A DNA stretch of 64,000 nucleotides from the human T2T-CHM13v2.0 reference genome, Homo sapiens (GCF_009914755.1 NC_060936.1), one strand, 5' to 3'; numbered from the stretch's first letter, positions 41,283 through 57,040 are shown. Notes: generated by a model not told the origin, from the sequence alone. Program-made: numbers and translations.

Positions 41283-41848
41283 TTAAAATTTTATTTTATT
41301 TTACTTTAAGTTCTGGCTACATGTGCAGAATGTGCAGGTTTGCTACACAGGTATACATGTGCTATGATGGTTTGCTGCACCTATCAACCTGTCATCTAGG
41401 TTTTAAGCCCCACATGCATTAGGTGTTTGTCCTAATACTCTCCCTCCCCTTGCCCCCGACAGCCCGACAGGCCCCAGTGTCTGATGTTCCCCTCCCTGTG
41501 TCCATGTGTTCTCATTGTTCAACTCTCACTTATGAGTAAGAACATGTGGTGATTGGTTTTCTGTTCCTGTGTTAGTATGCTGATGATGATGGTTTCCAGC
41601 TTCATCCATGTCCCTGCAAAGGATACAAACTCATTCTTTTTTATGACTGCATAGTATTCTATGATGTATATGTGCCAGATTTTCTTTATCCAATCTATCA
41701 TTGATGGGCATTTGGGTTGGTTCCAAGTCTTTGCTATTATGAATAGTGCTGCAATAAACATTCGTGTGCATGTGTCCTTATAGTAGAATGATTTATAATC
41801 CTTTGGGTATATACCAAGTAATGGGATTGCTGGGTCAAATGGTATTTC
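41283..41848 (-). mobile_element. 5'-truncated L1PA 3' end inserted in a MIR
   Basis: ORF2 C-terminal remnant MFIAALFIIAKTWNQPKCPS; perfect TSD tgctttacatatttt. Confidence 0.95.
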
Positions 41849-41889
41849 TGCTTTACATATTTTAACTTACTCGATGATATGTATATGAT

Positions 41890-42064
41890 CAACACTCAAA
41901 TGGGCCCATGATGAGATGCTTAGGGGGCATTCATGACCAACTCAGGTTGCCAGGCCTCTCCACTGGGATTTCTGATTGAGTAGCTCTAGGTGGGGACCCA
42001 GGAATCTGTGTTTTTCACAAGTACTCAGGTAACCCTTATATACAGGTGGGTTTGAGAAACACTG
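41890..42064. mobile_element. MER5-type MITE
   Basis: ttctgattgagtagctctaggtggggacccaggaatctg...tttgagaaacactg. Confidence 0.7.
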
Positions 42065-43664
42065 AGTCATGATTTCTCTGTTCTTGTTTATGTTTGCTGA
42101 GCAGGTACAGTGACATTTGTGTCTGTTTGCATGCATGTGGCCATTCGCTTGAATTTCGCCTTTTCTAGCCCGAGTCTCCTTACCTGTACAATGGGAATTG
42201 TAATAGGATCTACTTCCTGCCATGTGTGAACATTCAGTGAGATGAAGTACTCAGAGCATGGTGTCTGGGATGTGGTAAGTGGTCAGTGTTACCATTGTTA
42301 TTGGTTATGGCTGTTATTTAGGGACACGCAAAGTATACAAAGAGAGACTTACACCCCCCCGCAAGAGTGCTACCTGAGTGAAGTGACCTTTACCCAGTTC
42401 ACTGCTGAGCTATGCTCAAGCTAATCTCCCTTCGCTGGTTTGTACAAGCAGATCCGGTGCCCAGAGGAAAATGGACTGGCAGTGAATTGATTACTTCCTG
42501 CCTCCCTAAGCAGCCTGGTTTCGAAAGGCCCTGGTCAAATTAAAATGCATTAACTGAGTTTGTCGAGGAGCGATCAGCCATCTGAGAAGGGCCGGTCCCT
42601 ACCTCCTACCCACATGTGCCAGGCTGATGACCATGTCCACATTCACATGCAGGACCACGTAGTACCAAGACTTGTCTCCTGGCCGCATCTCAGCTCTCAT
42701 GGAAACCTGGGGTTTGGTTCTGAGCCTGGAGACAAATGAGGTGGCTGTCTGTACCATGTTTCCCAATGGGTTCCTTTTCATGTGCAATATTTTCTCTGCC
42801 TATTGTAGAGGCTCAGCCTCAGAAAGCAAAAGCACAAAAAGGCCAAACCAAGAACTAGACCAACCAAAGGAAGCCAAGGGGAGGTGATTACGTAACCCCA
42901 GCAGCCAGGCTGTCTGCAAGCCGTATGACTTATTTAGCTGTCTGTCTTTTCGGATGTCAGACTCCATCCTTTCCAGCTGGCTCTCCGCTTTGGTGATTAT
43001 ATTAACACTCAGTAATTATAGGAAATGGACACCTCTCCAGTCACCAGCATTCCCAAGTGGCGGGATGGGGGATATTCAATACCAGGAACACCCCATCACA
43101 GGGGGTCAGTCACTGCCCAAGGTTTCAGTAGTCTGGCAAAAAGAGACAGAAATAATGGCACAGTAGTGAGTGCTCCCATGATGCAAAATGTATTAAATTT
43201 AAAGGCTGGTGCTTGATCTTGAGCGGATGCCCTGGGGTTAAAATGTCCTTTAAAAAATCCAAAATGATGAAGATGATTATCAGTGGTTGCCTCTGGCATT
43301 TTGACATAACACAAATTTGGCCCCTAATGTTAATCTCCATGTGGGGGAGAAATTCCTGACTGACGAAATTCTAGAGTCTGAGCATCACTGCTTTATACAT
43401 AAGAAAATAACATAATAAGCAAAATAATAAGAAATAAAAGGAATCTTTTTCATTTTAAAATCCTATGTGTGTAGAGTTTTTTACCCTCAGCTTCTTCTCT
43501 TTATATAGTAGGTAACAACCGCTTAGGGTTTTTTTTTTTTTTTTTGCTGCCTTCTCCTGCCTTGCTTCCCTACCCTCTGCCCTCCTCAGAAGCCTCCCTG
43601 CCTGTTAGCCCAGTTCTATCTCGACTCCTAAGCTGGTCTTGATGGAGATCGGTGTAAAAAAGTA

Positions 43665-44100
43665 ATTATGATAACAGCCACCATTTGCTGCTTTGCTTCA
43701 TCTTTGCTATGTGCTAGTTACTTTATTCAATAAAGTGAATAAAGTGCAGCAACAATGGAAAGTGGACTCTTAGTAGTAGTACCAACCCTATTTTACAGAT
43801 GGGAAAACTGAGGCTCAGAGAGGTTAAATCACTTACACAAAGCCACACAATTTTGAGTGGCAGAGCTGGAATGTGAATCCAGGCAGTCTGACCCTGCAGC
43901 TTATGTGCTTAACGATACTGCCTCTCATGTGGGCAAAGGATGGCCCAGGAGAAAGGCAGGCCCAGATTCCAAATCTGGCTTGACCGCCTAAGAGGCTGAG
44001 TCTTAACCTCTCTGAGCCTTTGCTGTTTCATCTGTAAAGTGGTCCTCCTGACAGCTGCCTCCTAGGGTTGTTTTGAGGATAAAGTGAAGTAATGGAGGGC
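43665..44100. mobile_element. Two MIRs in opposite orientation
   Basis: attttacagatgggaaaactgaggctcagagaggttaa; ttaacctctctgagcct. Confidence 0.75.
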
Positions 44101-45379
44101 CCTTGGGATATGGTACCCCATCTCCTTCCTCACCTGGATGGAAAGCCATGTTCCAGCCACGGCTACTGGCCTGCAAATGGCTTCCTGGGGCTTTTTGCTC
44201 TTATTCAGTCTTGCACCTTGCTCCCCCTAGTGCCAAAACCAAGCTGCAGCTCCCCTGGCTCCCTAAACATTGCTTTATTACCTCTCTCAAGCCACTGCCT
44301 CCGCCGCCAGGATTCTGACTGGTGGGAGGTTGTGGGCCTGCCAGCTCTCCTCACCTGAAGCCAGGCCTTGCAGACAGAATTCCTAACTAATGACATCCTT
44401 GCCCCTTCTGCTACCTCCTAAATTCCTCCTCTTTCTAGATTTGCAGCTCTATGACTGGCCCAGTCAATTGAATACCTGTGGACCAACTATTTCCAGGATA
44501 GTGACAGTGGCTTTTGAGTCTGTCCTGCTGCTGGCTTGTCCCCCCACCCACCCCCAGGCTGTGCTATTGGGAGGTGGGACAGGAGTACAGTAGTCACCAG
44601 CCACAACATGTCTTAGACATGGATCCTGCTCCTTCTTCTCCTCCATCTGCTCCAGGTTGTGGAGAGGGCTCCCACAGGCCTCGGACCCAAGTCATTCATT
44701 CCGATTGTGTGAATACCCTTTAATGAGGGACCTGTAATATCCCAGGCATGGTCTAGAGATCACGTATATCAGTGAATCCTCCTGGCTCCCTGTGAAGTGG
44801 GCCCCATTTACTTCCGTTTGACAGATGAGGAAACCAAGGCCTGGTAAGGGCAGAGAAATGTTCATATCGCCCATGGCCCATTAGTGACAGACCTGAACTT
44901 GCATAAGGCCTTCTTCATTATAATATCCCTGTGCCTGGAATGACACAGACCGAAAATGTAATGGGTTGTTTCACCGGGCTCTATTTCCAGAATCCATAGG
45001 AAGCTTGGCAGATGGGTGCTAAAGCTTCCTACCAGCTACTACATCTCCCTATCAGCTACCTCAGCCCAGGGAGTGCCTTCACCACTCCTGTGAGCCTCAG
45101 TTTACTCTTCCCACAATGGGCCTACAGATACCTAGTGATACTTCCTAGGGCTATAGGGAGAATAAAATGAGATCATGTCTGTAAACTGTGTGTCAACAGT
45201 ACACTTCATAAATGTTATTCACCTTATCCTTGACAAAAGCTTCCACCGATACATTATTCTTGTTTTTAAAAACTTACAGCTATCTGGGAGCACAGACCAA
45301 ATGGTCAGGGAACACTTTGCAGTCAGGCTTAGCTGAAAGTCGCAGATCCCAGAGGGCAGAGGAAAACTTCAGACAATGA

Positions 45380-45905
<526 letters not shown>

Positions 45906-46756
45906 CTATTCTAATGATCCATGTCCCATCTGCTGGAAAGAACTTGCTTCCACAGCAAAATCTCTGCATATTCTCTTGAGCAAGGGGAGAGGGTCCAGAA
46001 AAACTTGTAGTTTGGGGAACTGGCCCCACAAATACTCGATCTCTGCTCAAGAGAATGTGGTGGCTGGGCCATCTCTGCATTACCTCTCGGGACCCCCTCC
46101 TTGGCACTGCAGCCTGTCTCTAAAATGCATACTAGAGATGGGTGTGCCCAAGACTGCCTTTGAAAGCGACTCCGAAAAATGTAGCACCCCAAAAGATGGA
46201 GTATCTGCGAATGACTTGCTGGATTTGGCTCTCCCGGGACTTCCTCTGGCTTCCAGGAGTGATGTATACCCGGGTTTTCTACCGGTTTGGGGAGCATTTA
46301 TTAATGGTGCTCTGCTGCTTGTTCGAGGCAGGTGCTTTTTCACTGCCACAGCCTGCCCTGATGGATGGCACAGCCTCTTCCCTGGCTGAGGCGGCCCCAA
46401 TCAGAGCTCTCTCTCCTCACTCCAGGCCTTACTCATCATAGTAGCTACTGTGTCCCAAATGCCAGCTGTGTTGAGACACTGTTCATATGTCTTGGCTTGT
46501 GGAAACCTCATAGCCTCCTACAGGGAAGGCACTATTAATATTGTCCATTTTGCAGATGAACATAGTGAGACATGGTTTAAGGACTCCCCAGAGGCCTCAC
46601 ATCGGTGTGAGGTGGCAGATCCAGGATACAAACCCAGGTTGGTGCAGATCCAAGGCCCTGCTGTTTTTCTGCAACATTCTGCTTTGGTGAGTAGATCTTA
46701 GGGTGAAGTAGACAAGGCACTGGTTTGATTCACCAGCCTTGGGAGGCACCCCTGTC

Positions 46757-46890
46757 TGGACCATGGCATACAGTAGGCCAGGTTGTACACTGCTCAGCTC
46801 TAGAGGGCACTAGTCACTGTGAAGGCTATGTGAATGGCGCCCTCTAGAATTAAGCAGGGCATAAACTGCACAACCAAAACGGTGGCCGGG
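46757..46890. mobile_element. MER91A-type palindromic hAT-Tip100 MITE
   Basis: caggttgtacactgc...tctagagggc...gtgaatggcgccctctaga...ctgcacaacc. Confidence 0.75.
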
Positions 46891-47604
46891 CCACTGTGAG
46901 TGCTGTTAATGGTTATGTTTATCACTTAGAGCAGTGTTACCTTGGCTCTTCAATTGAGTTCCCATATCCATTAAATAGCAACCTATCAGGGTCATGGTAA
47001 GGATCCAAGAGTCTGTCATTAAATGGTCAAATGGTCACTGTTTTTACTGACTTATATTCTACTTTAGATCAATACCCACATCTCCTTTCTATAGCTTCAT
47101 CCTTACTGAAGGCACCACTCTCCGAGCAGTGGGGCAGGCAAGGGATCAGAGCTGGCACGGCTGTCCGGGGTTGTCCTGTCTGCCAAGCAATGGCAGGAGA
47201 GCTGCGAATGGCAGACACTTGGAAATCCTCAAGTCTGGGCTGGAGCCCTGGCAGCAGGCATCTGATCTGCCAGCTTATGCTGGGAAGAGAAGCCGGTCCC
47301 TGGGGGGGCTGTGCTGAAAACAGACACATGGCCTGGCATGGCCACCAGCCAAAGAAGTCTTCCTGCCCAGGATTGGTGCAATTGGCCTCTTCTCTTTCCT
47401 GTCCTCCTAGGGCCCATCGTCTGCATGAAAGAGGGATTGAGCCAGGCGATTGGAGACCTGAGTGGAGGTCCCCACTCTGCTCCTCACCAGCTCCATCTTG
47501 GGTATCATGCTTCTACTCTGTGTCCTCAGTTTTCCCATCTGTAAACGAAGGCATTGGACCAGATTACCTTGGAAAGCCTGTACTTTCTCCCCTCTAGTTT
47601 GTTT

Positions 47605-48060
<456 letters not shown>

Positions 48061-48899
48061 CCAATGATGCTCTACTTTTTCTGCTTAAAGAGTTAGTCCC
48101 ACCATCCCAGGACTCGGAGTCTGGTTGCTGTTGAGCCCAGGAACCTCACCATGCATGCTCCTCAAGTGAGCTCAGAGCATGAGATGGTCTCAACTAACCC
48201 ATAGCCAATATTCACGGAGCATTTCTTCATTTACTCTTTCAGTCTATTTAAAGAGCACCTGCTCAGGTACTGTTGTAGGCTCTGGGGATAAGACAGTGAC
48301 CAAAACAGGCAGAAATCCCTGTCTTTATGGAGCTTACAATCTAGCAGGGAGAAGCCAGACATTAAATAAATAAAACGCAAAATATAAACATGGATCTCCA
48401 GATGTTGCTTTGAAAAAAAACAAAGGAGATTTTCTGATTCTTACCATCCTTATCCCTGGTTGTGACTCACTGGTGTATAAAGCCTAAACTCCCCCAGCCT
48501 CAGCTCACACTGTGTTCCTCTAGGTGTCCCCTGAGCTTGGGCTCCGGAGCCAGAGAAGCCTGCGCTTTGAGTCCCGACTCTACCCCTGCAATTTGGCTGC
48601 TTTTGACCTTGGGGAAGCCACTTAATCTTTCCCTTCCTATTTCCTCATCTTTAAAATACCATTGCCCCCATCCCAGGACTGTCATGAGGATTCAGTGAGT
48701 TAATACACATAAAGCACTTACAACAGTGCTTGCCCCTGTATGACCTCGGGCAAGTCACTCTGAGCCTCAGTTTGCTCATCTGTAAAATGGGCATAAAATA
48801 GTCCCCAGCTCACCAGGGTTTGGCAGGCTTCAATGTAATAATGCATGTAAAATACCTGGCACAGTGCTTAGCACACAGTGGATGCTGTTTCTCCTCTCC

Positions 48900-49360
48900 T
48901 GTATTTTTGCTGCACGACAAATCACTCTGAAACTCAGTGACTAAAAGCAACAACTATTTATAATTGCTTACATATCTGTGGGTCAGGTGAGGCAGCTGAA
49001 ATATTCCAGGCTCAGCTGGGCCACTGTATTTCAAGCTACAGATCCAAGAAGGCTTGGCCCCTTGCTGAGGTTTGGGCTCAGATCTGCTCCACGTGTGTCC
49101 AGCAGCTACCAGGGGACACGCTTCTCATGGCGCTGCAGAAGTGCAAGACGGTGAACAGGCAAGGCCTCGTCAGCCTTGAGCTGGGGCAGGTGCCTTCATT
49201 TCTGCCTCATTCTGTTGGTAATCAGAAAAGCAATCAAATGGTCAAACTCCAAGTCAAAGGATAGAGAAATAGTTCCCCTTTAGTGGAAAGAACTGCAAAG
49301 TCATATGGCAAGAGGCATGAGTGAAGCCAGGGCTGAAGAGTTGGGAACATTAATAGGATC
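48900..49360 (-). mobile_element. MLT1 LTR
   Basis: acaaatcactctgaaactcagtgactaaaagcaacaa; gaactgcaaagtcatatggcaa. Confidence 0.7.
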
Positions 49361-50857
49361 TATTGGGCCTCCTGAGAACCCCCAGAAGATCATTGTAAGC
49401 AGCTGGTGATGGCGGCGACTCAGGGAGGTCCTGCGTATTTTCAGCTCTACCAGCTCTCCTAGGATTGCTGTTCCAGATTTCTCCCATCTATGCCTGGGGA
49501 TATCGTATGGGATTTTCCTCCCAGGAACGTTGTACAGTGATGGAGGATGGGTGCAGGAAGGCTGGACTGCAAAGTCCTGGAATGCTTCCCCCCAACCCCC
49601 AACCTCCACGTCAAACCTGTCGTTGCAACGAAATAAATAAAACTGACAGCTGGAAAAATGAGGGGCAAGCAGACCAAATATGATAAACGGTCTCTTGCCG
49701 TGTATTGTATTCTCTACAATAAAACCCCAAGCAGATGCTAAAAATGTGTGCGGCTTTGTGAGGAGATAGGCGTGCTCTGTGTGGCCGAGATTTTCTGAGA
49801 AAGGTAATTTAACTGCAATGCACATAAAGGAGAGAAAGGCAGAGAAGTAATTTGGAAAGTGTACATCAAGTGCTTTTTAAAAAGTTGATATTGTTGGTTA
49901 TTTTTCTTTTATTAAAATCCACAGCCCTGTGGGCTGCTGTCCCATCCTTATCGGGCTCATTCAAGACCAGCATTGACATTTCTAATTTGCAAATTTAAAG
50001 ATTGTCAGGAAATGGTTTAAACACCCAGTATGATTGGGGAGCTTTTTGACTGTGGGTGACAAGAGTGGGCTCACCTCTGGGAAGACAGTAGGGGCAGGGG
50101 AGGAGAGCTGGGCTAGATTTAGGGAGAGTTAGGAATAGCTAACATTTATTAAGCACTTAGTATCAGATACTCTTCTAAGTGTTTTACACATATATTTTAT
50201 TTTGTCTTACATAAATCTGTGATTTCCATTGTACAGATGAGTGTAATGAGGGTCTGGAAGCTCCTAAGCAGCAAAGCTAGCCTTGGAACCCGGCACTGGA
50301 CTTCGGTATCTTGAGACCACCCCTGGCTTCCCTGCCTCGGGGAAAGAGCGTGAGGCTCAGAGTCAGGCAGTCTGGGGTTCAAATCCTAGCTCTGTCAGTT
50401 ACTCTGGCCTCGGTGACTTTTTATTCATCCATCTGTTCAGCAAGTGTTAACTGAGATTGAACCTTGCACCAGATGCTGTGCTGGGTGCCAGGGGCACAGT
50501 GGTGAGCAAGACCCAGGATCCTGTTCTCATGGGCTTTTAGCCCACCCCTCCAAAAAGTACAGAGCTGCCAGAAAGGAACATAATGCCCTAAGGGCATATG
50601 ACTAGGGAAACTGTGGGTCTTGGGAAGGCTTCCCCCAGAAAGGGACTTCTGAGTGGATCTTTAAAGGAAGAGTCAGCTAAGCTATATTTCTCCCTCTCCG
50701 TCCCCCTCACCTTCCCTCTCTTCTGTCTCTCTGTGTCTCTGTTTCTCTCCGTCTCTCTTTCTGGAAACTCTTACACCTGGACCCAGCTGTCATGCTGTGA
50801 GAGAGCCCAGGCCCCATGGAAGGGCCATGTGAAGATGTTGTGGCCAACAGCCCCAGT

Positions 50858-51655
50858 CAGAACCAGCTATGTAGTTTGCAGGCTCCAGTGCACAGTGAAA
50901 ATATAGGGCCTCTCCTGTGGAGAAATAGGAACGCTTTTACACTGTTGGCAGGAATGTAAATTAGTTCAACCATTGTGGAAAACAATGTGGCTATTTCTCA
51001 AAGATCTAGAACGAGAAATACCAGCAGCCCCATTACTGGGTATATACCCAAAGGAATATAAAGATACATGCACCTGTATGTGCATTGCAGTACTGTTTAC
51101 ACTAGTGAATATATACACCATGGAATACTATGCAACCATAAAAAGGAATGAGATCATGTCCTTTGCAGCGACATGGATAGAGCTGGAAGCCATCCTCAGC
51201 AAACTAACACAGGAACAGAAAACCAAACACCGTATGTTCTCACTTATAAGTGGGAGCTGAACAATGAGAACACATGGACACAGGGAGAGGAACAACACAC
51301 ACTGGGGCTTGTCAGGGGTTTGCAGGGAGTGAGAGTATCAGGATAAATAGCTGATGCACTCAGGACTTAATACCTAGGTGATGGGTTGATGTGTGCAGCA
51401 AAGCACCATGGCACTTGTTTACCTATGTAACAAACCTGCACGTTCTGTACATGTATCCCAGAACTTAATAAAATATTTTAAAAAGACAGGAAGCACACTA
51501 TATCAAAAAAAGAAAAGAAAATACAGGGCCTCTTGTTTAAAAATAATTATTAAGATTCCCAAAATGGTGACAACAGAGCATTAAATCAACCATAGAGCCC
51601 TTCTCAATGTAGTGCCTTGAGCAACTGAACACGTTGCATACCCATGAAGCCCTGG
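50858..51655 (-). mobile_element. MER45A hAT-Tip100 MITE split by L1
   Basis: ccagtgcacagtgaaaat[L1]cagggcctcttgtttaaaaataattattaag...cagagcattaaa...cccatgaagcc. Confidence 0.75.
50914..51516 (+). mobile_element. 5'-truncated older L1PA 3' end
   Basis: ORF2 C-terminal remnant and 3'UTR; TSD gaaaata[t/c]agggcctct. Confidence 0.93.
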
Positions 51656-51859
51656 CCCAGCTGAGGTTCCAGCATCCCCTGCCAGCAGTAAGAGTGAGGA
51701 AGCCTTCCAGAGCACATCGGCCCAGCCACTGTGTGATTGCAACTGTATAAGAGATCCTGAATGAGAGCCACTCAGGGCACCTCCAGACATGCCCAGCACG
51801 CAAACTTTGTAAGCAAGTAAATAAATGATCAGAATTGTTAAAAAAAAAAAAAAAAAAAA

Positions 51860-52560
51860 GTCAGCTACGCTAAGGAACGGGGGCAGAGTGGGTTCTAGGC
51901 AGAGGAAAAAGTACAAGGTGCTGGGTCAGATGGCTGTGTGGTGTGTTTAGGAGCTGAAGTGGGTTGTGGTAGGAGGGAGCAGAGTTGAGGGGAGAGTGGG
52001 TAGAGAGGGAGAGAAGAATCCAAGAATTCCAGGCTTGTCCTGAGAGCAGAAGATGCTGGGGGATACAGGAAGGGAAGGACCTACCATGGTTTGCACTTGT
52101 AAAGACCTCCTTAGGCTGCGGGATTCTGACTTGGTGAAGGGAATAGAGTTCCTGCAGTGAAATGGGTAGGCCCAGTTAAGAGGCTGTGCAAGGGGAGGGA
52201 ATAGCCATGGACTGGACCAAGGCAGTAGCAGTGGAGATGGGGAGGACTTGGACAGATTTTGAAGATGGAATTCAATAAGACATAGTGAAGGACTGGAAGG
52301 AGAAAGAGAAGGGACAAGGGTTACTGAGCCCCTAGGTGAATGGAAGTGTCCTTGCTGGGAAAGGGAGAGAGTGGAGGAGAATGGGGTTTAAGCAAGCTTG
52401 TCATGGGTTTCATCCTAGGCTAGCTGAATTGAAGGTGCTTTTGCTAAAAGAGATGCTAATCAAATAGTTGGATAGATCAAGCTGCAGGTGGAATTTGGGG
52501 AGCTTTCAGGGTATAGACAGAGAATGAAGCTCTGAGCATGGATGAAATTACCTGCAGACA
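51860..52560 (-). mobile_element. L2 fragment
   Basis: ggactggaccaaggcagtagcagtggagatgg; purine-rich antisense L2. Confidence 0.65.
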
Positions 52561-52569
52561 ACATCTAGA

Positions 52570-52985
<416 letters not shown>

Positions 52986-53877
52986 TCGAGACTTGATTGT
53001 CTCCTATGTGTAGACATTCATACTTACCTCGCTGGGGTATTATGTGAATCAAATGCTGAAATTTATGTAAGGCACCAATAAGTGCGGTGTCTGGCATTCT
53101 TAAACATTGCCAGAATTAATGTGGGATATTCTATAGTTCTCAATAAATATTAGTGTCCCCCTCTTTTTTCTGGCAGGGTGTGGCAACTTGGTGAGGTCCC
53201 TCACTATTTCTCTGGCTCTCCGTTGCCTCAGAGCAGGAGGACTATGAGCCCTCTGCGCTGCCATGTCTGATTCTGCGGCCTGTGAGCCCAAGGGCCTCAT
53301 GAGCTATACAGATTTATGCCAAGTGTCTTCTCCTCATCACTTCCCTCGTCTTGCAGGACTGACTAGCTGTGGCCAGTGGGGTGAGTTTTACCTTGAGCTC
53401 TCCGTCTATACCCTGTGAGCTCTCCAAATTCCAGCTGCGGCTTGATCTATGTCTCTGATTAGTGGATGTCATGGTTTATGATCTGCTGAGCCACATCTAG
53501 CCATACTCAGACCGGTGGTTCTGGGGACTGAGAGCAAGTCCTTTTATGGCCTGTGGCACCAGAGCCATAGAACAGTGACTCATTTTGAGCCAAGAGTGTT
53601 TATTCCTGCTACAAGGATGCCAGGGCCCCCAGCAAACCCTGACTCAACCTGAAGGATGAGCAACCGCAGTGCTGTTTAGGAATGGTGGATCTTATTACAG
53701 CAATTGACAGTGTTTATAGGGTGGCCCTCTATTACTCTGCTTTAATGCTGCTATCAACAACAGACATTTATTGAGCTCTTAATGAGTACCGGAGACTGTG
53801 CTAATACTGTCTATATAACCCTTCATTTTATTCCTGCAACAGCCCATGTGGCAAACATAATACAATGCTTCCCATCT

Positions 53878-54092
53878 TGCAGATGAGGATTCTGAAGTTT
53901 GGCAAGTTCAAGTAGCTTGCCCAAGGCCCCACAGCTCACAGCCTGAGCCAAGCTCAGACGCCTGTGCCTTCACGCTGACTGTCGGATATTATTCATCCAA
54001 GCAGGACACATTAGTCCTGCAAGATTGAAAGAGGCAGCGAAGGGGAGCCATTTGTGCGTAACGTCCACCAAATGGCAATGCTGTTCATGAAA
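53878..54092 (+). repeat. 215-bp direct duplication, copy A (probable source; starts inside a MIR)
   Basis: 17 substitutions and 1 indel versus 54952-55165. Confidence 0.97.
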
Positions 54093-54464
54093 TTGCACTA
54101 ACCGAGGAACACGGAAACGTAGGAGGTTGGAGCGTGGGCCTTAAGAGATCATTTTATTATTTCACAGGTCCGAAAACTGGGGCCCCAAGAGATAAGGGCT
54201 GTGCCAGGTGACATGCAGATCAATGAAGACACGCCCTTCCCTGACCACCCAGTCAACTCGAAGCCTAGTGCCTGCCTAGTGTACCCTGCCTAATTAGGGT
54301 GCTCTTGCTGTGGGCAGTGGGGTGAGGTGGGAGGAAGGTAAGAAACCACTGAATTAAAGGAACTCTGAATTGAAGGATCTCACTTCCAATTTGTTGCCCC
54401 TCCCCCTCCACCCTACCCATCTAGTGTCTGGATTACCTCATTTGATAGCCCCCAAACTCATAGG

Positions 54465-55165
<701 letters not shown>

Positions 55166-55174
55166 AAAGTGATT

Positions 55175-55590
55175 AACATTGTTCTGTAGAACACCAGCTC
55201 AGTTCCATGGGGGCATGAGGAGGTGTTATGTAAAAAAAAAGAAAAAAAATTGTCTGGAAGATTTTTAACAGCGATTGTTGAAGATTATTTTATAAGTTTG
55301 GGAACTGTTGAGTTAAAGGAGTGATTCCTACGGTGGCTTCACATTAGCATCACCTGGGAAACTTTTGACAGCTCCTGCCCAGGCAATGCTGAGTCCCTCT
55401 TAGGGGCAGGACTCAGGAATAAATCATTTGTAAAACTCCCCAGGTAATTCTAATGTGTGGCCAGGTTGAAAGGCACTAGGTTAGACAAAGCTAAATTGGC
55501 TTTTTAAATTGCAGAACTTCTCAGGGCTTTCAATACACAGTGAAATGCACATTGTGGATCCCTAAAAGGAGAAATAGATAGTTTATTTTC
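55175..55590. mobile_element. Charlie4-like hAT fragment with nested MER5A (about 55319-55478)
   Basis: taagtttgggaactg; gcagaacttctcagggctttcaata; cattagcatcacctggga. Confidence 0.55.
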
Positions 55591-56191
55591 TCAGCCTGGG
55601 CATCTGGGGCACACAAGAGAAAAGAAGGCATAGCTAGGAAAGGAAGGTCATACGAAGTATGGAAAGAGTATGTATTAGTAAGAGGTGGTGAGGACAGGCA
55701 ATGTGAAATTTAGAGACTCGTCTAATTTTTTTAATGCAAATGAACATGAATTTATTTTTAGACTGATTAGAATCTCAGGGATAATTTGCTAATTGGTAAT
55801 GGTTCCAATACTTTTTCAGCCACACAGCATTTCTATATGCAATAAAAACAGCATCAATTGTATTATCCTAGTGGGGGCTCCGAATACACTGTGTGGATCA
55901 TATGGACTGGAGATGTTAGTGCCATTCTACAGAACGTGATGCTTTAAAAATATCAATCAGCTCCTGTCATTCCCCTACTTAAAACTGTCTGAAGGATTCC
56001 CCTCCCATTCCTCACTTTCTTACAAAGCCTTGCATTACTGATGTCTAAATTTTTACCCCCACCCAAAAAACCCGAGCATGCACCCTCATGATAAGCACAA
56101 TCATTTGGAAATTAAAGACATAGTATTGGCAATAATATAGTAACATTAATTGACTTTAATTTCCTTCTTAAACGTTTAGAGGCAGAAATAA

Positions 56192-56907
<716 letters not shown>

Positions 56908-57040
56908 TGAGTAGCGCTTCCCACTGTCTGATGTTTTTCTTATTGGTTTGTTCATCGTCTGCCTCCTCCAGCAGAGAAGAACAGTGCCCACTACAGAGGA
57001 AGAGCTGCGTTAACTACTTTTTGGATAAAAACACAAACTG

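Larger units (their letters stand above)
50740..51840 (+). mobile_element. MLT1 LTR split by MER45A and L1
   Basis: ccagctgtcatgctgtgagagagccca...ccaacagccccag; resumes ccagctgagg...tgattgcaactgtataagagatcc. Confidence 0.6.

Noticed and set aside
41519-41761. ORF resembling the L1 ORF2p C-terminus (also 50973-51260)
   Set aside because: 5'-truncated L1 remnants with no promoter, ORF1 or intact RT.
43046-43390. Possible hAT element with TIR-like ends
   Set aside because: TIR match is weak and I could not assign the family.
47031-47597. 188-aa ORF (also 171 aa at 45874 and 174 aa at 49301)
   Set aside because: No recognisable domain or exon structure; lengths compatible with chance, and two of them run into MIR or MLT1 sequence.
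53020-53038. atacttacct, matching the U1 snRNA 5' end
   Set aside because: Similarity fades after about 18 nt and the context is a MIR 3' half.
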